Positions 1 to 10,915 of a stretch of DNA of 64,000 nucleotides are shown piece after piece (the stretch's first letter is position 1; each line of letters begins with the position of its first letter). The notes below the pieces were generated by a model. That model was not told the origin of the DNA. It saw only the letters and a list, made by a program, of their open reading frames with translations, and made no database searches. The translations under genes were made by a program, and so were the position numbers. Origin of the DNA: Podarcis liolepis (lineage: Eukaryota); assembly GCA_965112155.1 (NCBI GenBank), contig OZ218101.1; one strand, written 5' to 3'.

Positions 1-108
1 CTAATTTCCAGATGTCTGGCAGGCGGGACGTGTCGTCACGCTTGTTCATGTTGTGAGGGTGTTTCTCTATCTCGATGGCTTCCATGATTATTCTCTTGTG
101 GTGATGTT

Positions 109-451
109 CGACACGTCCCGCCTGCCAGACATCTGGAAATTAGCCCTCCCCACAAAAACCGACACCAGAACCAGAGGCACACAGAACGCCATCACCAATC
201 AACCACACCAGACCCAAACCCAGACCCTCTCCACAGATAAATTACAGACACCATCCAGTAGCCAAACCATAGTGGCACCTCCGGATGCTGCACCCCCCTG
301 CAATCCCTACACAGATCTGGCTGGCACAGGGCACAAAACCACAGCTCGCCCCTATACACGAAGCCAAGCCAGAGCACAACTAAGTGCAGTACAGCCATCT
401 TCTCAGAAAAACTCTTCACAAGCTCAAGAGGTCAAGACACGAAAGCTTTAG
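109..451 (+). pseudogene. C-terminal low-complexity tail of the PLE ORF (DTSRLPDIWKLALP...RPYTRSQAR...TRKL*)
   Basis: Continues the same peptide as the minus-strand endonuclease fragment; open to the stop at 451. Confidence 0.6.
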
Positions 452-684
452 CAACTAATCCACACCTAATGACCCACCTAAGTGGTACTCAGAATATCAC
501 TCAAGAAATCACTCAAGATATCCCTCAAGTAATTAAGGAACAAAAGAAGAAAAGGCACACTAACCTGGGAACTTCCTCTCTGCCCAGAACGTTGGAGGCT
601 ATACACCACACCCCCTCAACAGTATTTATAGGAACTCAAACACTGAGATCCTGCTCTGTTCCAGTAACAAGAAGCCGAAAGCAC

Positions 685-726
685 CAGCCTGAAGATGACG
701 AGTGAGACCTCGTCGAAACGTCGCCT
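685..726 (+). ncRNA. Minimal type-I hammerhead ribozyme motif in the PLE pLTR
   Basis: CTGAAGA (689-695), T, stem II GACGAG (697-702)/CTCGTC (709-714) with TGAGAC loop, GAAA (715-718), C-GTC (719-722). Stem I is weak. Confidence 0.8.
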
Positions 727-805
727 AGACACCCCAACTCTTACACGGGAAGACACCCGAAGACACCAAAACCTGCATTCCTGTACCCGTGAAAATCTAC
801 GAAAG

Positions 806-808
<3 letters not shown>

Positions 809-857
<49 letters not shown>
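809..857. repeat. (AT)n microsatellite
   Basis: Pure AT run directly after the PLE end. Confidence 0.98.
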
Positions 858-860
<3 letters not shown>

Positions 861-1258
861 CTAACTGCTTGCATCATGCAATTTCCCCCTCTCTCTTCCC
901 CTCATGCAGCACCTAAATCTGTCCTGTGGGGCTCCCACAAGCCTCCAGAGAAGGTCTGATGAGGGTGTGGAGAGAGGAGAGGAAAGTTCAGTTGCAGAAG
1001 TGGAAAAGCTAGCACAGATGGAATGAGTTAGTTCAATACAAGCCACAGTAAGCAATGCTCGCAGTTACTAACATGGATGAGAGGTGGTGCAGAAAGAGGC
1101 AAGAAGTGCTGCCACTCACCAGGATGGAGATGGGGTGAGGTGGTGGTGATGTCAGGTAGCTCTGAGTGGGCAGCATCAGCATCCTACAGGTGTTGCTGCT
1201 GAGCAACTGGGAACATGGGGCAACTTTGCATTGAGAGGTGGCCAAGTAGGTTGGTTTC

Positions 1259-1615
1259 TGTAAAGGTACCCCTGACCGTTAGGTCCAGTCACGGACAACT
1301 CTGGGGTTGCGTGCTCATCTTGCTCTATAGGCCGAGGGAGCCGGTGTTTGTCCACAGACAGCTTCCGGGTCATGTGGCCAGCATGACTAAGCTGCTTCTG
1401 GTGAATCAGAGCAGTGCAAGGAAATGCCATTTACCTTCCCACCGGAGCAGTACCTATTTATCTACTTGCACTTGGACGTGCTTTCGAACTGCTAGGTGGG
1501 CAGGAGCTGGGACCGAACAATGGGAGCTCACCCCATCACAGGGATTCGAACCGCCGGCCTTCTGATTGGCAAGCCCTAGGCTCTGTAGTTTAGACCACAG
1601 CGCCACCCGCGTCCC
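1259..1615 (-). mobile_element. Sauria SINE
   Basis: Minus strand starts GGGACGCGGGTGGCGCTGTGG, has a B box (GGTTCGAATCC), the typical body and an ACCTTT tail. Confidence 0.93.
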
Positions 1616-2559
1616 TGTAGGTAATATGCAATTCAGCATCCTTAGGGAAAAGCAAAATCCTGATGTTGGAGATCTCTCTCTGCCCTATTGCTAATCAAAT
1701 CTTGCACACACACACCACAGACTATAAAGGTGGATGGAGGCAGGCCCAGTCACACAATATAGAAACGGTCACTGTTGTCAACTGAAGTTTTGCCAGAAAT
1801 ACAGCTCTTCCAAATTTACAGGCATGCTCTCTGGAGTGGAACCTTCTGCCTTGACACAGTCCCACTGGGGTCAGCACTACAAAAAACACGCTAGCTTTTG
1901 TTCCTAATTGGATCCCTTTAGGGGGATACCTGAATATAGCAGCTTAAAAAGAGCCGAAGCTTAAAGCATAAGTAGAACAATTATAGATATTTCTCTCCCA
2001 GGATTTTTCTCCTCAATTCCCTTTGGAAACTGGCTGGCCCCTTTTGTCTATACAGTTGAATAGACTATGGAATCATAGTTCATGTAAGAAGATTAAAAGA
2101 AGCGTCTTCCTTTCACGGAGAGGGAGAAGGGTGCATCCGAAACATCATAGAGGTTAGAAGCTCAGGTCAGGATCGCTATTCGCCTAGGGCTATTAGGATA
2201 GAGGCATGGGAAAACGGATCAAATTTGAAGAGGGGTGCTCAGCTGAAGGAAATACTTAAGGGAGAGTTTAGAAGTAGATGCTAATTGAGTGTCATGTTCT
2301 TGTGCAGCCTGCTCTTGGTTTCATTCTGTCTACACAAGTATTTCAGCTTGCCCTATGGAATGACGCCTGCTGTCCTCCTCCTGCATATGTTCTGGGGGCT
2401 CTCCTGACCTCCCCAGAGCCAACTGGGGGGGGGCAGCACAGGGGCATGCTGTGGGGGAAGAGGAAGGAAGGCTCATTGCCCAAGCTGGAGTTCCCTTACA
2501 GAGCTTCTGCTCATTGGGATTGTGAAATGAATCCCATCTATAGTAGCTAGGTAAGGAAG

Positions 2560-2990
2560 GAATCAAAATATCAATCTACATACCACTTAACCACAATAAT
2601 CTCCAAGCAGTGTACAAGAAACACAATACAGAAAAGGTAAAATTGGTTAAATGTACCACCAGACTTCAATTAAAATGCCTGCTAGAATTCTTTAAAAAAA
2701 GGTCTTCATCAGGGAGGGGGCCTGTGAGGAAGTTCTTCAATATTGGGCCCATAATACTAAACACACAACTCCTTGTGGATCATGAGAGGTGATAGGGCAC
2801 TGTCCATCACATCATGTTTGGAGGCATCACTTTCAAGGTCTTTCACATGATGCAGCACTCAGAAAGATGGCTGGGTGTAACACGGAGGGTGCTACGGTCT
2901 TGGAAGCTTTTCTGATGACCAGAAGGGATCATGGAATCATGGTTGAAATCTCAAAGAAAACATTGGCCCAGCCTATGGCAGTTGCACAAA
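2560..2990 (-). mobile_element. Degraded L2-type LINE 3' fragment
   Basis: Resembles the other L2 3' ends in the window; heavily mutated. Confidence 0.4.
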
Positions 2991-3012
2991 AGGCGATTTC
3001 CATATTACGGAT

Positions 3013-3205
3013 CATAGGAAGCTGCCTTCTACTGAGTCAGACCATTGGTCCATCCAGATTAGTCATGCCTACACTGACTTGGTAGCAGCTCTCCAGAATT
3101 TTAGACAGGAGTGTCTCCCAGCCCTACCTGAAGATGTCAGAGATTGAACCTGGAAGCTCCCACATGCAAAGCAGATGCTCTAGCACAGAGCCACAGCCCC
3201 TTCCC
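3013..3205 (-). mobile_element. Squam3-like tRNA-derived SINE
   Basis: Head GGGAAGGGGCTGTGGCTC..GCATCTGCTTTGCATG..GGTTCAATC and tail GGACCAATGGTCTGACTCAGTAGAAGGCAGCTTCCTATG. Confidence 0.8.
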
Positions 3206-3494
3206 AGAAGGAAAGTGACTGAAAATAATAAAAATAATAATTAATAATAATACTTTTATACAAACATATGATGAAACCACACTTTCAACAATATGACCAC
3301 TTCATCTCAAAAAGGGGTATTTCTATAGGAATCTTATTGGCCACAGTGGGGAAGAGGATATTGGATGGGATGAAAAAGAGTTCTGGTCTTATCTAGTTGG
3401 GCTCCTATCTTGTTTGGTCTTCAGCTCTCCCCAGCTGAGAATAAGATGGTAGCTCTGTAACCTCAAGCCATGTGTTGAGGGATGTATTTATTTA

Positions 3495-3739
3495 CAGTGG
3501 TACCTCGGGTTAAGAACTTAATTCGTTCTGGAGGTCCATACTTAACCTGAAACTGTTCTTAACCTGAAGCACCACTTTAGCTAATGGGGCCTCCTGCTGC
3601 TGCTGCTGCGCCGCCGGAGCACGATTTTTGTTCTCATCCTGAAGCAAAGTTCTTTACCTGAGATACTATTTCTAGGTTAGTGGAGTCTGTAACCTGAAGC
3701 GTATGTAACCTGAAGTGTATGTAACCTGAGGTATCATTG
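3495..3739. mobile_element. Tc1/mariner-superfamily (pogo/Tigger-like) MITE, family A
   Basis: TIRs CAGTGGTACCTCGGGTTA...TAACCTGAGGTATCATTG, TA on both sides, internal AACCTGAAG repeats. Confidence 0.88.
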
Positions 3740-4300
3740 TATATTTTAGGATGCTTTTCCAAGCAAGATTTTTTTTTTTTTAAGAAAAAGAGAAACACAA
3801 CCATCATCATAAAATACAACAGCAAAACAATCCCCACCAACAGAAAATCAGAGCAGAATCAAACAATTCAAGCCAAATACCCAGTGAGATAAAAAGTCTT
3901 CACAGAGTGCTGAAAAGCCTGTAATGTGGAGTTTATAGGGTGGGGCCTACAGCCTAGGCACCGCTACTGAAAAGTTCTTGTCTTATGATATCCCTAGCCA
4001 CAGTTTTGATGGTTGTGGTCTCTGCTGAAGATATCGAGACAAAAACCAGATTTGATTTTGAGGGCAGTCAACTAATGGGCTTTTCAACCTGGACATTTCC
4101 CTCATAACTTCATCAATTTCAGTTAGGTAGTGCAAGATTAAAAAGAAAGACAACAAAAGTAAGAGCAAAGGTATTTTGGAGCTCCACCATTTAATCCACA
4201 GGGGCTTTGACTTTGTTTAAGCTGTTGCTCTTTACTTACATACATTGGCCTGACAGTTTTGGATTTATCATAGATTTCCCATCACTGCTCTAAAGTACTT

Positions 4301-4624
4301 CATACCCTCTCTGTACATTTCTCTGATGAAAACAGGGACATCCCATTCCATAATGATAATTTTACTATTTATACCCCACACATCTTACTGGGTTGCCCCA
4401 GCCACTCTGGGCAGCTTCCAACATATATAAAAACACAACAAAACATTAAACATTTTTTTTTAAAAAACCTTCCCTATACAAGATTGCCTTCAGATGACTT
4501 GGCGGTCCAATGAAAATAGGGACATCCTAAGGAAAAGTGGGACATTCTGGGATCAGTTCAGAAACCAGGACAGGTTCTCGAAATCAGAGACGTCCCTAAA
4601 AAATAGGGACACTTGGAGGGTTTG
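4301..4624. mobile_element. Non-autonomous DNA transposon with GGGACA subterminal motifs and an internal L2-like tail
   Basis: Ends CATACCCTC...GAGGGTTTG; repeated GGGACA; flanks GTACTT/GTATTT. Confidence 0.6.
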
Positions 4625-5399
4625 GTATTTATGCAGCCTCAGTTTTACTCTTGTTTTGCATTTTGGAGGTGTGTGTTTTTTGTTTTGTTTTTTGCAGTCT
4701 GGCAGCCCGATTCAAAGCTCTCTTTTCTAGCCCTTTCCCAAGTAAAAAGCCATATAATTTACCAAAGGGATTTGCTCCTCTCTGATGCCAACCTATTCCG
4801 CTTTTCTGCTTCATGTATTCCAATCAAATAACTCAATAGCATATACTGTGGGCACAGAGAGGCAAAGCAGCATAGAGCGTAATGTGTGTAATTTTAGGTT
4901 TTGCACAGTAAGAATATAAAACCACTGAACAGAGCCCAAGATTTTGCTTGCACTGTCACCAGTGGGAATTGCCAGCAAAGAGACCAGTGACAAGGGTATT
5001 AAATGCTTCAGTTGCCTGCATTTTGCATCATGCCACTAAAATCATGGCAACTGTGAAAACAGGAGAGTATGTAAAATTAATGCACAAAGAAAAGCAAGAG
5101 TCAGGCTGCACACCTATGTGCAGGGACAGACACATCACACATGCAGGGATACATCTGCAAACATAGGGAATCTGTGGCCTCCAACCTTCATCTGCCCCAG
5201 CCAATGACCAGTGATGGGAGTTGTGGTCCCCAGGCTCTGGAAGGCCACAAGTTCCTTATTTGTCTTTAGAGTAATCCCACTGAATAAAGTGGAACACTTC
5301 TGAGGAAACATGCAAACATGCAGGATTAGGCTGCACATTAGTACATTACAATGTACTGATCCTCTGATGGTAATCATCATCAACAACATCAACAATAAC

Positions 5400-5600
5400 C
5401 ATTTAACGTTTGCATAGTGCTTTGAAGTGTTCAACTGTCAAGTTATATTCTGTACAACAATTCTGTAAGGATTGGGGGGAGCAATACTCCCCATATTTCA
5501 CATAGGCAGATTGAGGCTGAGGGAGTGGCTTACTTAAAGCCTAGTGAGATTTGAACTCAGGACTTCTAGATTAAAACTCTTTTAGTCACTATGCCACAGC
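5400..5600 (-). mobile_element. Old MIR/CORE-type SINE
   Basis: GAGGCTGAGGGAG..GATTTGAACTCAGGACTTCT..CACTATGCCAC pattern. Confidence 0.5.
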
Positions 5601-6169
5601 AGAGGATGGGGAAAAAACCCAGTACATTCTGTACTGTGAATTCTGTATTTTTTTCTTTAGAATTCCCATTTCCAGCTGCAATAAAATTTATTTCCCTCCA
5701 AATCCCAATGGGAGACTAACAAAGAGCAGTCAGACCCAAGGTTAATTTATATAAGAAAGATATGATAGCTTGCTGGGCTTTTCATTACTGGAAGAAGGAG
5801 ACACTATCCAAGTCCAAAGAACCATTTTCATTATGGCACTTTCATAACAGAATGCATTTGCATATATGAAGCTGTCAACAAGGCACATTGCTCAATTAAT
5901 TGCTATGTCACTTTGATTGCTTTTTCAATATTCTAATCAGTTTAACTTTTGCAGAGCCTTCTGTGCTCCAACTCTGCTCCTACAGAGCATTTAGTTTAGA
6001 AAACACAACCTTGTTAGTCATTCTTTCTAAGAAGGACAAGATAAGCCCCTGCTGGGTGATATATACTCAGTCTTGAATATCTTCTGATAACCACAGGCTC
6101 TTTTGTGCTTAGCAAAGTTTCCTCACAAGCTTTGAGTTTTACACTTTAAGCTCTTCAAGCTGTGATTGC

Positions 6170-6312
6170 TCAGGGCTGATTGTGTAACCAAAGTCCTCAA
6201 AGTGGTCCAGTGGGCACGTTTGGGGTAAGGCATCAGGTAGGTAAACTGATCCCAAGTTGTTAATGGCTTTGTATGCTAATAGTAACACCCTGAACCTGGC
6301 TCAGTAGCAAAA
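6170..6312 (-). mobile_element. L2 LINE fragment
   Basis: Reverse strand resembles the L2 ORF2 C-terminal region (FRVLL..YKA.N.LG). Confidence 0.5.
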
Positions 6313-6316
6313 CCAC

Positions 6317-6401
6317 AACCTGAGGTAATATTTCTGGGTTAGCGGAGTCTGTAACCTGAAGTGTATGCAACCTGAAGCATATGTAACCCGAGGTACTACT
6401 G
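6317..6401. mobile_element. Family-A MITE, right part only
   Basis: TTTCTGGGTTAGCGGAGTCTGTAACCTGAAG...AACCCGAGGTACTACTG followed by TA. Confidence 0.8.
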
Positions 6402-7160
6402 TACATTTCATTCATTGTTACAACTCATAGCTCACTTATGTGAAGAGGTTGCAAGTGTGAACAAGCCCAGTGGATCTAGGAATCACCTGCCCCCACAGCC
6501 TTCCGAATTCTATCCCACAAAGCAAAACTAGTAAAAACAACTCACTCTCTAGAAAAAAGCAACTCAGGTAATAACATTGGCCATTTGCTAGGCCAGAGGG
6601 AATACATGCCCACAAACCAGTTTGATTATGTTTGGCAGAAGGCAGCCATGCACATGCTCCCCAGCAAGCGCTGGCAATTTTGTCCTGTGGTCTGCAATTC
6701 TGCAGGTGCAGAACTCCCAGTTCAAGTGTGCCCAAAATGTTTTCCTTTGTGATATTCTCTCTCACCTGAATGTCTTTGTCTCCTAATTTTCCTCAGGATA
6801 CAGCAGAGCTTCTGCCAAATCAATTAAATTGTCCCAAATGGGGTTTTGTTTCTGGGATGTAAATAACAACATTTTGTGTATCAGCAGTCCAGGAAGAAAC
6901 CTCAACTACTGCTAATGGCAGCAGTTTTTGTACTGAGCCGGGATCACCTTGTTTTGGACAATAAGCACATAGAATGATGCTTTCTACATCAAAGTAAGAG
7001 TGTACATATGGGGTGAGGCCTACCTTCTCTTTCCCTTTACCCTGGTTATTTTACAAAGAATTAAGATGAACCTGACAAATTATTCAACTGTTGGCTCTTC
7101 ATTAATGAAAAACTTTTTTTGGGTGTGTGTCTGCCTTTATTTGCTGAAATTACTGAATTG

Positions 7161-7410
7161 AGAGGAGATATGATAGCCATCTTCAAATATCTGAAGGGCT
7201 ACCACATGGATGATGGAGCAAGCTTGTTTTCTGCTGCTCTAGGGGGTTGTGCCTGAACCAAGGAATTCAAGTTACAAGAAAGGAGAATCAAACTAAACAT
7301 TAGGAAAAACTTCCTGATGGTAAGAGCTGTCTGACAGTGGAATGGAGTCCCTCAGAAGGTGGCGAACTCACCTTCATTGGAGGTTTTTAAAGGTTTTTAA
7401 AGAGGTTGGA
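7161..7410 (+). mobile_element. CR1 LINE 3' fragment
   Basis: Translates RGDMIAIFKYLKG..., then LNIRKNFLMVRAV..WNG.P and VFK. Confidence 0.85.
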
Positions 7411-7419
7411 TTTAGCCCT

Positions 7420-7795
7420 TAATGAACCAAGACTAGACTATCTCAAGGACTTCCTTGGTCCACATGAAGGTGCCTCTGCAGGACGATAATCTGTGGGAGC
7501 TGGCTCTTCTTGGAATCCCCCTCCACCAGAAGTTAGGTGGCTACCAGAGACAGGACCTTTTCTGGCATGGCACCGTAACCGTGCAATAGCTTCCCATAAC
7601 ATGTTCTCTGGGCATCCCCTATGTATTAATTTAACCTGTCTTGTTTGATCAAGCCTTTAATGCAATATGTGATTCTTATTATGCAGACACCATTCTGCTG
7701 ATTTTGACTTGTTTTGCATTTTATTCTTGTTTTGTTTTTAATCTGTTATTGTAAACTCTCTTGGAGAGAATTTGAAATGAGGAGGGAGTTATACA
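7420..7795 (+). mobile_element. L2 LINE 3' fragment
   Basis: Degenerate R.FS..AP...NS.P motif followed by a T-rich 3' UTR. Confidence 0.55.
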
Positions 7796-9859
7796 TATTT
7801 AAAATACTCTAAGGCTTAACCATGTAATCATTTTTGTGTACGATCATTTTATCTGCATTTCCTACAGTAGTTTCACACCAGAAACACATTAGCCTGCACT
7901 GCATATCATGTGTATCTTTCCTTAGTTTTCCTTTCTCTGTGCTGAATGTGCAATAATAGTGCCCTCTTTCATTTAAATACTACCTTTCCCGTTTTAGTAA
8001 TCAACACCTGTCTTCTCTGGCATTATCCTTTTGAGGAGGGCATCAGAAGAGTAATAAGTAAAGATGTATGATGAATTTGATATTTGCAAATTCTGATAAC
8101 AAACTGACCTGAGCTGCACCTCCCAGACTAATGTGCAGATTTAAACACATTTATCCATTAGCTTTTGATTCTGCCAAATGTTCTGGCACAGTTCATGCCT
8201 CAAAAATGTATTAAAATGTATAGATATGTATACCTTGCTCACATTTAATGTGTGCAAGGTACAGAAATAAAAGAAATGTTTAGAAATGCATACACTTAAC
8301 CTATAGTGCTATAGAAGCAAGCCTCATTGAATTCCACCAGGCTTACTTCTGAGTAGATATGTATACTGTTATTTCTGTTAGAAACATGTATTCTAAGTGA
8401 GAACATGCAGAAAAGTATGTTTAAAAGTATGTATTTAAAATCATATTTATATGCAAATTTTCATGCACATTTGATTATTCCACCCCAAATTAATGTGGAA
8501 AGTGAACTTGAACCAGAAATAGATTAATTCACATATTCCAAATAATGAGATATGCTTCTCCCTGCTCTAGCAGGATTTCCAACTACCTATTTAAATTATA
8601 ATCCAGGTTTTCCTTCCTTTCCAGCCAGAAAGGGTTCCTTCATTCTGATGTAATATCACAGATACATTAAGAACCTAAGAAGTACCTGTTGGGTCAGGCC
8701 AGAATGGTCCATCCAGCCGCAGGTTCCTCAACCCAGTCGTAGACCCAAGCAGGGAATGTTTTTCACCCTGGGGCCTACATTCCCTAATGAGGAACCTTTT
8801 TGAGTGGGTGCGGCCAGGAGAAAAAGTGGGCGAAGCAACAGATGTGAGTATCACCTTTGTGGATTGTGCTACATTCCAGTCACAGCAGAGAGAGGTTTCT
8901 ACACAAGTGTCAATCCAGGCAAGGAAGAGGCATCATCACAGTTTGACCATACATTCCAGCCAGGCAGAAGCACTTGAGGCATGACCAATGAAGGATGTGT
9001 GGGGCTCAGGAAGAGTGTCACAGGTCTGAGGTTCACCAGCCCTGTTGTAGACACCCAGTGAAGAAAAGGCAGCCAAACCAGACAAATCTGAACAAAATTT
9101 ATTTGCCATCAAAGCTAATCTAATTTCTTAATTTATAAATCTGGATTCCCTTTTAAGGTACAGGACAAGAGCTGTGCAATAAAACAGTGGCAATCAAGAT
9201 GTTACTAAGCGGAAGATACAAATCACAGTGGTATAAACTGGCCAAGAATGGACACAGTGGCCAGGCTTCAAGGCAGCGGAGAAGCTGCAGTTTATAGTGA
9301 TAGAAAATGATTTGTTGGTCTTTGGTTGCAGTTCCATCCTTATAATCAAAGAAGGTAGAAAGGAAGTATATGCTGAACTAAAAAGATGATCTCTTTTCAA
9401 ATAGTCAACTATAAAAGGTAGGGTTTCATTATTTTGCAAGTATTAAGGACACCCACCCACTCACTTTAAAGTGTCAGTCAAATTAACAATTATATATTTT
9501 GAGCTAGTTTGGCTTTTTTGAGGAGAAAGAAAGAACATTTCTTTTTTTACTCAAATGTGCTGCAGCTGAAGAAAGAGCAGGAATATTTACACCACGGCCT
9601 TAGATGCAATTTTAAGTAATAAGAACCTAGGTTTATGCTTTGTACCCGGGGGTGCCAGTAGGTCCTCAGTGAATTGTTGCTTAAAATGTGATTCCACATT
9701 TCCCCTGTGAAATTCCAGAGGCCTTGTCATTATTTTGTTGACTTCTCTTACAATTCACATGCAGATGTTGAGGTTGTAGAACTGTGTACTACTACAGACT
9801 TCAGGTGGGTGAAATCATATTTTTGAACAACCCTCCACCCAAACAATGTATTTTGAAGA

Positions 9860-10516
9860 TTTATAACCCACTTTTCATTAAAATAAATCCCTGAGTGGGG
9901 TGCAACATAAAGATATATAATACATAATAAAATAAAACAATCTAAAAAATCGAACCACCACAATCATAATTCACATTTATATCACAGGACCACAAGAGTG
10001 GCAAAACACCTCTTCCAGTCAACTAACCAAATACCAGAGGAAACAAAAATTTCTTTACAAGATGTCCAAAACTATTCAGGATTGATGTCAACCAAACCTG
10101 TGAAGGGCTAGTCACCTGTGAGTGAGCTGGCCACCTCACTTACCAACCTTGCTGCAGGTCCTGATCCAAGCCAAAAGGCAGCTCTGTGTAATGCATGCCA
10201 CTGTGGCTAAGCTATCTGGGAACAGCTGTAGCTGCTTTACCAATCATAGCTGGTATGAGGCACTCTTACTGTGGAGCTAACATGTGTTGACCAAAAATGT
10301 TGGCTCTAGCAGTACTCCCAGACTATGTACTAGATCCCTAAAAAGGAGTGTAAGCCCCTCCAGAATAGGCAACCTACCTAATTCCCAGACACCCAGTATG
10401 TCATGTCTCATCGGCATACTGATAACACTTCATTCCAAACCTCTCAATGACCACTGTCAATGGATTCATATAGATATTGAATAGCATTGAAGGCCAGAAT
10501 GGAACTCTGTGGGGGT
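9860..10516 (-). mobile_element. L2 LINE RT/3' fragments
   Basis: Reverse strand gives PQSSILA (GVPQGS-like) at ~10490-10515 and SLGVLLEP at ~10305-10330. Confidence 0.6.
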
Positions 10517-10700
10517 CACATGTGTGTGTCCAGGAAAAAGGTGGAGTTACTGTGTTCCAGTGCGTTCCAACAGCAGAAAAAAAACACTGCTTCTTCCCAC
10601 CCTTGCCTCAAAATAACACTGTCTCCAAGTTAGTGGTGGCTGAGCCACCTCACTGTGATTTTGCACAAATAGTGCAAAAATCAGGTTTTAAACAGAGATA

Positions 10701-10915
10701 CAGTGGTACCTCGTGATGTCCGTTCTTAACCTGAAACTGTTCTTAACCTGAGGTACCACTTTGGCTAATGGGGCCTCCTACTGCTGCTGCGCCGCCACCA
10801 CACAATTTCTGTTCTCATCCTGAAGCAAAGTTATTTATGTACTATTTCTGGGTTAGCGGAGTCTGTAACCTGAAGCGTGCGTAATCTGAAGCGTATGTAA
10901 CCCGAGGTATCACTG
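10701..10915. mobile_element. Family-A MITE with internal deletion
   Basis: CAGTGGTACCTCG...CGAGGTATCACTG, TA flanks. Confidence 0.88.

Larger units (their letters stand above)
1..808. mobile_element. Penelope-like retroelement (PLE) end: minus-strand GIY-YIG C-terminal fragment (1-108) joined to an inverted plus-strand pLTR segment (109-808)
   Basis: Minus strand 108->1 reads HHHKRIIMEAIEIEKHPHNMNKRDDTSRLPDIWKL, matching the EAIEI..H..N.NRD..L..IW end of PLE GIY-YIG endonucleases. 1-35 is the exact reverse complement of 109-143. Hammerhead core at 689-722; the element ends against (AT)n. Confidence 0.85.

Noticed and set aside
955-990. CTGATGA...GAAA resembling a hammerhead core
   Set aside because: The intervening purine-rich sequence cannot form stem II.
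9222-9301. Possible hairpin (TATAAACTG/CAGTTTATA)
   Set aside because: Only 9+5 bp of pairing around a long loop; compatible with chance.
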